Below the pieces are notes generated by a model, which was not told where the DNA came from, searched no databases, and was given only the letters and a program-made list of their open reading frames with translations. Shown piece after piece: positions 57,340-64,000 of a DNA stretch of 64,000 nt (within the stretch, counting starts at the first letter, position 1; every line of letters begins with the position of its first letter). The translations under genes and the position numbers were made by a program. Where the stretch lies: the NCBI GenBank assembly GCA_963817525.1, contig CAWFOU010000007.1:384001-448000 (forward strand). The letters run 5' to 3'. The stretch is from an uncultured archaeon. Its GTDB lineage: Archaea; Thermoproteota; Nitrososphaeria; Nitrososphaerales; Gagatemarchaeaceae.

Positions 57340-57960
57340 CTAGCCGCCGGTCGTTGGGGTCGGATACTGAAATTTGACGTTGAGGAAGTTCCACGTCTCC
57401 GTCGAGATTAGCCAAGCGCTCTGGGACACGGAATGTGTGTAGAAGTCCTGAGCGGAAACAGTGCCGTTGAAGCTGGTGGTGGGGTAATAACCAAAGTTGT
57501 ACATCAGTCCAGAGATTTCGAAGCTTGAATTAACTACTGCCGAATCAGCCGACACAACCACTACGGCGTTGGTTACGTTTCCGATGCTGAATGAGCCCGC
57601 TTGACCTATGAAGCTGGCATTAATCAGAAGGAAGATGACCCCTGTCCCATTGTAGAAGCCTTGAAGACCACCAATGTTTCCCGTCCATGTGACGGTCGCG
57701 TTTTCCTCATACTGGCTCACAATTGCGAAAGGGTTCCTCTCGGAGATGAGGAGCATGTGACTAGCAAAGCTGTTGGAGACTTGCTCGTAGGCATCAAGGG
57801 AGGTCGACGGCGCCGTGAGTGTGGAGGTGACAGTGGTTGTTGTTATTGACACTGCCGTCGTCTTCGTCGGCGTCGAATTGACTCCGTATAGGTATCCCAC
57901 CGCAGCCCCTGCCAACAATAAGAAGACGCAGGCGCTTAACAGAACCGCCCTAGAGTCCAT
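57340..57960 (-). CDS. Membrane-anchored NTF2-like hypothetical protein
   Basis: YGVNSTPT, NATVTWTGNIGGLQGFYNG, WLISTETWNF. Confidence 0.7.
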   Translation of the reverse strand: MDSRAVLLSACVFLLLAGAAVGYLYGVNSTPTKTTAVSITTTTVTSTLTAPSTSLDAYEQVSNSFASHMLLISERNPFAIVSQYEENATVTWTGNIGGLQGFYNGTGVIFLLINASFIGQAGSFSIGNVTNAVVVVSADSAVVNSSFEISGLMYNFGYYPTTSFNGTVSAQDFYTHSVSQSAWLISTETWNFLNVKFQYPTPTTGG

Positions 57961-58311
57961 TTCGATGCTGACTTTTTTCGTGCCGCCAGATTTACGGCTT
58001 TTGCATTAAGAATGGGTTCCTGCTCCGTAAGCATGGGGATTCAATTCGCCGCTCCACTTGGGGGGATGGATACTAACCTGTGCCTTGACCATGCACCCAA
58101 GGGTGCAAAAGTATGAGAATGAACCCGGCATATGCCAATAACCCAATTGCAAGAATGAGGTAGCGCCTCTCCATGCGGATTCAAGCCGCCTACTTCCTTG
58201 GTCTGGCTTAAGGTGTTCGTCAGGAGCGCAAGCCACTTGTTTCCGCCTTCCTCGATTCGGATTCCCGCGAGGGGAGCGTAGCCGCGAATGCGAAGGAAGT
58301 ATTCGGATAGG

Positions 58312-59436
58312 CTAGTGCGAGAACTCCATGCGCTGCGGGATGGCTGGTTTGCTCGCCCTCGGGGTGGTCGGGTACGTCATCTCGATAATCCGATTCTTTA
58401 GCTGGCGCAGCCCGTCGCCCCTCACGGCGGAGATCTTCATGACGGAGAACCCGGCGAAGAGGTCGTCCTCCTCTACCTGGCGTAGGGCGGCGCCCTCGAG
58501 GCGGTCTATCTTGTTGAGGACCAGGATGACCTTCTTCGGGTCGACGCCAAGCTGGTCGAGGGTCTGGTCGCAGCTCCTGAGCTTGATCGTCATGCTCTCC
58601 CTCTCCTCGCTCGCGTCGACCATGAGGAGCACGAGGTCGGCATAGGTCAGCTCCTCTAGCGTCGACTTGAAGGACTCCACCATGTATGTGGGGATGCGCG
58701 AGATGAAGCCGACGGTGTCCGAGAGCATTATCCTCTTCCGCTCGTCGCCGAAGCTCACGGCCCGCATGGTGGTGGTGAGGGTCGTGAAGAGGTCCGGCGA
58801 CTCCTCCCTGGACTCGTCGGCGAGCTTGTTGAACAGCGTGGTCTTCCCGCTGCTCGTGTAGCCGGCGAGCGAGACGAAGGGCAGCCCAAGCTTCCTCCTC
58901 TCCGAACGGTGGAGGTTGCGGTTCGCCTGGGCCTTCTCCAGCCTCTGGTTGATGAAATTCATCCGCTTCTTCAAGGCCCTGAACTTGATGTCTACCATGG
59001 TCTCTCCCATCCCCATGAAGCCAGCCCTCTCACCGTTGACGGAGTAACGGACGGCGTCCCTCGCCCGGGGCATCTCGTACTTCAGCTCCGCGAGCTGGAC
59101 CTGGAGCTTAGCCTCGGTCGTGGTCGCCCTTCGAGCGAAGATGTTGAGGATGAGCCTGTCGCGGTCGACTATCTCGCAGCGTGTGACCGTCGCGAGCTTG
59201 TTCGCTTGCGACGAGGTGACCTCCTCGTCGATGATCAGGGTCTTCGAGCCGTTCTTGCCGACCATGTCGCGGAGCTCCTCGGCCTTGCCCACGCCGACTC
59301 CATACTGAGACTTTACCACGCGTTTTTGGGTGATCATGCCCACGACGGTGTAGCCGGCCCGCAGAGCCAGCTCCTTGATCTCCTCCTTGGAGAACTCGTC
59401 AGGGTAGGTCACTATGGTGGCCTTTTCAGCGGGCAT
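58312..59436 (-). CDS. hflX: GTPase HflX
   Basis: ILNIFARRATTTEAKLQVQLAEL, GYTSSGKTT, DTVGFI, NKID. Confidence 0.95.
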   Translation of the reverse strand: MPAEKATIVTYPDEFSKEEIKELALRAGYTVVGMITQKRVVKSQYGVGVGKAEELRDMVGKNGSKTLIIDEEVTSSQANKLATVTRCEIVDRDRLILNIFARRATTTEAKLQVQLAELKYEMPRARDAVRYSVNGERAGFMGMGETMVDIKFRALKKRMNFINQRLEKAQANRNLHRSERRKLGLPFVSLAGYTSSGKTTLFNKLADESREESPDLFTTLTTTMRAVSFGDERKRIMLSDTVGFISRIPTYMVESFKSTLEELTYADLVLLMVDASEERESMTIKLRSCDQTLDQLGVDPKKVILVLNKIDRLEGAALRQVEEDDLFAGFSVMKISAVRGDGLRQLKNRIIEMTYPTTPRASKPAIPQRMEFSH

Positions 59437-59480
59437 AGAGGTGGTCGTCCTCCTCGCGGGCTATAAAGGGTGGTGCAGGC

Positions 59481-60083
59481 TCACAGGACAGGGACGTCGG
59501 GGGGCGTGTCGGTGACCTGCTCCTTCCCCGCCATGATGCCGTTGTACCTCTTGATCACCCGGACGTTTCTTCCCACCAGCAGCCCCACTCCCAAACAGAG
59601 GAGGAGGTCGGTCGCGATTCCTGCGTCTATCGCAGTCGAGGACAGCGTGGGTTGCGCCCCGCCGAGAGAGAAGCTGAAGGCAGCAGGCCCGATGAAGACG
59701 AGGTCGATCGCTATCCTTGCGATGAGCCCCACGATGTAGATCAGGTAGACGACGATCGCCCCCTTGTACCAGATGGACCCGTCCGGGCCCTTCCAGAAGC
59801 CTATCCTCGAGTTGGAGACGACGTACGAGGCGTAGGCGCCTATCGCCCCGACCAGCGCGTAGAGTACCAGGTCGACGGCGCCTACGCCGCCCGAGATCAC
59901 GGAGACGGCGATGAGGAGGCCGGCGAACCCGAGATAGTAGACGGAGAAGAGCAGCGTCCTACCCAGGCTTACCTTGGACCCGCGCATGACCCTGGAGAAC
60001 CGCCGGATGACCAGGAGGATGAGGATGCCCAGGACGATGTAGATCGTGCTGCTGTTTCCCCCTGCCCCTGCGCCGGAACTCAT
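59481..60083 (-). CDS. Multi-pass membrane protein (CcdC/DUF1453-like)
   Basis: Five or six TM helices. Confidence 0.6.
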   Translation of the reverse strand: MSSGAGAGGNSSTIYIVLGILILLVIRRFSRVMRGSKVSLGRTLLFSVYYLGFAGLLIAVSVISGGVGAVDLVLYALVGAIGAYASYVVSNSRIGFWKGPDGSIWYKGAIVVYLIYIVGLIARIAIDLVFIGPAAFSFSLGGAQPTLSSTAIDAGIATDLLLCLGVGLLVGRNVRVIKRYNGIMAGKEQVTDTPPDVPVL

Positions 60084-60130
60084 CGGCGGCCCTAAGAAAG
60101 CAACAGAAATGAATCTTTTCGTCGGCAGGC

Positions 60131-60424
60131 CTAGGGGCCGAAGGCAGCGAGGAAGCCCTTCATCTTCCAGTAGGTGTCGAGGAACTCGAGCCCCCTCGGC
60201 GTGACGGCGTAATAGTAGACGCCCGCCTCGTCCCCTTCCTCGTCCCCTGCGGCTATCTTCCTCACCAGGCCGTTCGCGGAGAGGCCCTCGACCATGACCT
60301 TGAGCCGGTCGACGGGGACGCCGACCCCGTAGGATATCCTCGTGATCCTCCCGCCCTCCGGGTAGCGGCGGACGACCTCGAGGATGGTCGCGTAGAGGTC
60401 GACCTTGGACCTTTTCCCCTTCAT
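60131..60424 (-). CDS. Winged-helix DNA-binding protein
   Basis: KRSKVDLYATIL...TRISY...YAVTPRGLEFL. Confidence 0.8.
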   Translation of the reverse strand: MKGKRSKVDLYATILEVVRRYPEGGRITRISYGVGVPVDRLKVMVEGLSANGLVRKIAAGDEEGDEAGVYYYAVTPRGLEFLDTYWKMKGFLAAFGP

Positions 60425-60452
60425 TGCGCTCTCTCCATTCTCGCTTCCCACC

Positions 60453-61703
60453 TCAGAGCGGGAACGGCGGCAGGGCGTCCACCTTCTCTGGAGGACGGGT
60501 GAAGAAGGTGCGGCCGCTCGGTGCCCGGAACTCGTCTGTGTAGGAGACTTGCTCCGCGGTGCAGCCCTCCGAGACCTCCACCCTGTTGGCGAATATCCTC
60601 CCGCATCTGGAGTTCTTCCCCAGGACGACCTCCCGGCCGTAGATGTCCTCGGCATTCGTCATGCGTCCGATGGCCCTGATCCGCAGGGACTGCCCCGCCC
60701 AGGACGCGCCCCAGTTTGCGAAGCTTGACAGGCTCTTTCCCAGCTCTACGCGCTCCGCAACAATCGGGCCCCTGCACGTTGTGCCGCTCCCGACCGTCAC
60801 GGACTTGGCCTTCAGCCCCTGCTGCGTCTCGAGGAGCTCGCCGGCTATCTCCGCGCTATTGGTGAGGAGGATCTTCCTGGCCCTGAACCTCCCTCCCGTT
60901 CTCAGGTCTGCCCCCCTCACCTCGTCCCGGATTTCGCCTTGGCCGCTCGTTTCCAGGGCCCCCGAGACTGCGAGGGAGCCGTTGACCTTGAGCCACCCGT
61001 TCACCGCGATCTTTTCAGCGCTGAAGTCGCCTTGGACCTCCGTGAAGCCTTCCACCTTGACCTCCTCGCACGCAAGGGCTCCTGCGACAGAGAGCTTGCC
61101 GAAGGTGGACATCTTCTGCCCCTTGCAGCCAGCGGGGAGGGTGCACTTGCCGTAGACCTGCAGGTCTCCGAACTCCAGCGGCCTGCTGCTCGCGAAGACG
61201 CCCTTCACCCGGACGTGGCCAGAGATGCTCCCGCCGCCCACCTCCGCCTTCCCTCCGACGTCGAGGTCAGTGATCTTGACGACGCCGCGGACCGAGACCT
61301 TCCCACCCACGTCGACGGACGCGGCCTCGAGCGTGCCGGCGACCTCCACGATGCCCCCGACACGGACTGCGCCTCCGCAGGAGACCGAGCCCGCGAACAT
61401 CCTCCCGCCTACCTCTATGCTCTGTGCGCTGACCTTTCCCTCGACCCTCAGGGTGTGGGCGACGTCCGCCCCTCCGTTGACGATGAGGTCCCCGGTCGAC
61501 CTGAGCGTCCCGCGCTCCACGGTGAGGGAGTCGCACCGGAAGTCGCAGTCTATCTCAGCGTTGCTCTCGAAGTAGGCGCTCCCGCTGACCGTGACGATGC
61601 TCCCCTTCGCAGTGGTGATCCTGGCGTTGCTCGAGACCCTGAGGTCTCCCTCGACGCGGTCGAGCCTGGCGGTGCTGCCCTTCTCTACGCGGAGTTCGGA
61701 CAT
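60453..61703 (-). CDS. Beta-helix/bactofilin-like (polymer-forming cytoskeletal) repeat protein
   Basis: Long run of V.G.L.V.G-type 5-6 aa repeats. Confidence 0.6.
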   Translation of the reverse strand: MSELRVEKGSTARLDRVEGDLRVSSNARITTAKGSIVTVSGSAYFESNAEIDCDFRCDSLTVERGTLRSTGDLIVNGGADVAHTLRVEGKVSAQSIEVGGRMFAGSVSCGGAVRVGGIVEVAGTLEAASVDVGGKVSVRGVVKITDLDVGGKAEVGGGSISGHVRVKGVFASSRPLEFGDLQVYGKCTLPAGCKGQKMSTFGKLSVAGALACEEVKVEGFTEVQGDFSAEKIAVNGWLKVNGSLAVSGALETSGQGEIRDEVRGADLRTGGRFRARKILLTNSAEIAGELLETQQGLKAKSVTVGSGTTCRGPIVAERVELGKSLSSFANWGASWAGQSLRIRAIGRMTNAEDIYGREVVLGKNSRCGRIFANRVEVSEGCTAEQVSYTDEFRAPSGRTFFTRPPEKVDALPPFPL

Positions 61704-61713
61704 TTCATCCGAC

Positions 61714-62580
61714 CTACTCGGGCCTCATCGCCCGGGTCGCGGCCAGGTACCCCAGGATGGTCATGGCGATGACGAACCCCACGAGGTAGAGCACGTCTCC
61801 CGTGAAGGTGCCCATCTGCCCGCTGGCCGCGGGGTTCCCGTTGATGATGAGGATCCTCGCGGCCTCGCACGCCTTGGAGATGGGGTTGACCCCTGAGATG
61901 GCCTTCAGCCAGCTCGGGAAGGAGGACGACGGGAAGAGGGCGTTGCTCATGAATATCAGGGGCAGGTTGATGAAGTTCACAATGGCCACGAGCGAGTCGA
62001 TGCTCCTCAGGATGAGGGCGAGGGCGGTGAAGACGCAGGAGAGCCCGAACCCCAGCATTGCGAAGATCGCGAACGCGCCGACGAACTCGAGCGGGCCGAA
62101 GCTCGAGGTCAGCTTCAGGCCGTCCGGCACCAAGAGGGCGACGATGAACGTGAGGACGGCCAGGAGCATGGCCTTGGCCAGGTTCTGCAGGACGCCCGAG
62201 AAGAAGATGGAGGCCCTGGGGATGGGGGAAGTCAGAAGGGTGTTGAAGTATCCCAGCTGCCTGTCGAGGACGATGTCTATCCCGCCGAAGGACATGTTGA
62301 AGACGACGATGAGGCAGATCACTCCCGCGGTCAGGTAGGTGATGTAGTTGGCGGCGCCCCCGAAGGTCGTCGCGAAGATTGCGGCCTTTATCTGGGCGAC
62401 TACGGCAGCAGGTATCGAGACGCCGCTGGAAGACGTGGGGATGAAGTTCGTCGGGTTGACGGAGTTCCCGAAGAGCGCGATGTAGAACGCGGCAGTGAAG
62501 AGGCCTGGGAGGACCGAGGCGGGGTTCCTGATCCACTTCTTCAGGGCCCTGTTGGTCAGCGCAAGGGTCTCGTCTATCAT
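61714..62580 (-). CDS. ABC-2 type permease
   Basis: DRQLGYF..LL.SP, FMSNALFP...P.WL...NP. Confidence 0.88.
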   Translation of the reverse strand: MIDETLALTNRALKKWIRNPASVLPGLFTAAFYIALFGNSVNPTNFIPTSSSGVSIPAAVVAQIKAAIFATTFGGAANYITYLTAGVICLIVVFNMSFGGIDIVLDRQLGYFNTLLTSPIPRASIFFSGVLQNLAKAMLLAVLTFIVALLVPDGLKLTSSFGPLEFVGAFAIFAMLGFGLSCVFTALALILRSIDSLVAIVNFINLPLIFMSNALFPSSSFPSWLKAISGVNPISKACEAARILIINGNPAASGQMGTFTGDVLYLVGFVIAMTILGYLAATRAMRPE

Positions 62581-62581
62581 C

Positions 62582-63583
62582 TCAGTTCATCCTCTCCGCC
62601 ATGACGTTCTGGACCCACGACTCGCTCTCGCCGCTGTCCTCGTCGCGCATTGACTTGCCCGTCACGTCGAGGAAGACCTCGTCGAGCGTGGGCTTGGTGA
62701 AGGAGATCTCCTTGATCTCCAGGCCCTGCCTGCCCACCCCCTCCACTATCGCGGGGAGCGCCTTCTCGGCCCTCGGGAGCTTGATGCGGTAGACCTGGTC
62801 GTTCCTGGTCACGTCGGAGACGTCCGGGAGTCCCTTCAGGAAGGCCGTGATGTCGGGGCCCTGCGTCAGCTCCATGGTGAGGACGTCGCCCCCGACCCTC
62901 TGCTTCAGCTCGGCGGGGGAGCCTGAGACCTTGATGACGCCGTGGTCGATGATCGCCACCCTGTTGCAGAGGCCGTCCGCCTCCTCGAGGTAGTGGGTCG
63001 TCATGAAGATCGTCAGGCCGCTGTCCTTGTTGAGCTTGCCCATGTACTCCCACATCTTCGTCCTCGTCTGGATGTCCAGGCCCAGGGTGGGCTCGTCGAG
63101 GAAGAGTATCTTCGGGGTGTGGATGAGGCCGATGGCGAGCTGGAGGCGCCTCCGCATCCCTCCCGAGTAGGTCTTGACGCGCCGCTCGGCCGAGTTCTCG
63201 AGGTCGACGAGGGCGAGGAGCTCCTTAGCCCTCTTGCGTGCCTCGCCGCTCGGGACGTGGTGGAGCCTCGCGGAGAGCAGGAGGTTCTCGATGCCCTTCA
63301 GCTCGTCGTCAGCGGTGAGCTCCTGCGGGACGACCCCGATGACGTCCCGGACGGCCGCGGGATACTTGCTGACGTCCTTGCCGTCCACGACCGCCTTGCC
63401 CTCCGTGATGGAGGCGAGCGTGTTCAGCATCTTGATGGTGGTGCTCTTGCCGGCCCCGTTGGGGCCCAGGAACCCGTAGATCTCCCCCTCCTCGACGTAG
63501 AAGGAGATGTGGTCCACAGCCTTGACCTTGCCCTTGTAGACCTTGGTGAGGTTCTCGGCCTCGATGATCCTTGTCTTCGACAT
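62582..63583 (-). CDS. ABC exporter ATP-binding protein (DrrA-like)
   Basis: GPNGAGKST, YSGGMRRR, FLDEPTLGLD. Confidence 0.92.
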   Translation of the reverse strand: MSKTRIIEAENLTKVYKGKVKAVDHISFYVEEGEIYGFLGPNGAGKSTTIKMLNTLASITEGKAVVDGKDVSKYPAAVRDVIGVVPQELTADDELKGIENLLLSARLHHVPSGEARKRAKELLALVDLENSAERRVKTYSGGMRRRLQLAIGLIHTPKILFLDEPTLGLDIQTRTKMWEYMGKLNKDSGLTIFMTTHYLEEADGLCNRVAIIDHGVIKVSGSPAELKQRVGGDVLTMELTQGPDITAFLKGLPDVSDVTRNDQVYRIKLPRAEKALPAIVEGVGRQGLEIKEISFTKPTLDEVFLDVTGKSMRDEDSGESESWVQNVMAERMN

Positions 63584-63812
63584 CTTCCACTCTCACTCCG
63601 TGGCCCGTTCTTATCCTTGCACAGCTCGCTTGTCCCCGCTTGGGAACAGGCCCTTGCCGACGCACGCGTAGAGTGAGGTGCATGGTCTCTCGAATTTCTG
63701 GTCTTTCTGCGTTCTTCTTCCGGACATTTTGCTTCTAGGAGGGCCGAGGGCTCCTACCGCGTATATACTCGGCGCACTGGTTGTAATCACATTACGTTAG
63801 TGCCCGCTTGGG

Positions 63813-64000
63813 CTACGGCCGCTTGATGTTGGTGACCAAGAGCCTGAACTGCAGGGTCTTGCCCGCCATCTGGTGACTCCCGGTCTTCCCGTACGCTTTC
63901 TCCGGGGGTATGGTGACCTCCTTGGTCTCGTTCATCTTCATGCCCACGAGCGCCTCCTCGAAGCCCGGGATCACCTGGTGCGCCCCGAGGACGACCTGGA
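63813..64000 (-). CDS. FKBP-type peptidyl-prolyl isomerase, partial (C-terminal part)
   Basis: Manual translation: LGAHQVIPGFEEALVGMKMNETKEVTIPPEKAYG...AGKTLQF. Confidence 0.85.
   Translation of the reverse strand, partial: QVVLGAHQVIPGFEEALVGMKMNETKEVTIPPEKAYGKTGSHQMAGKTLQFRLLVTNIKRP

Noticed and set aside
58006-58236. 76-aa ORF with Cys/His residues
   Set aside because: Short, atypical composition, no recognisable family; cannot be supported as a gene.

Overview
GC-rich archaeal chromosome segment, most likely a non-ammonia-oxidising member of Nitrososphaeria/Thermoproteota (inferred from TFB, thermosome, PolB2, archaeal TpiA, BHB-type tRNA introns and TATA-box promoters). Positions ~29-64 kb are mostly housekeeping and envelope genes: tpiA, a MoxR-DUF58 cluster, a Cys/Met PLP enzyme, TFB, JAB + Ubl-MoeB-rhodanese, thermosome, Mod/Wtp transport, hflX and ABC exporters. 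Positions ~8-28 kb are an accessory region built around three tRNA genes. tRNA-Leu(GAG) has a 1.36-kb islet bounded by a 61-bp duplication of its 3' part. tRNA-Thr(CGT) has a non-canonical 27/28 intron and lies directly downstream of a free-standing LAGLIDADG endonuclease gene. tRNA-Phe(GAA) has two non-canonical introns (15/16 and 30/31) and a ~3.3-kb islet ending in a copy of its 3' end. The region also holds an IS5-family element with a 9-bp target duplication that splits a secreted-protein gene, toxin-antitoxin pairs, tRNA-like scars and several pseudogenes. The most intriguing candidate system is the free-standing LAGLIDADG gene next to an intron-containing tRNA (possible collaborative homing). 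All family assignments come from motif recognition by eye, not database searches.
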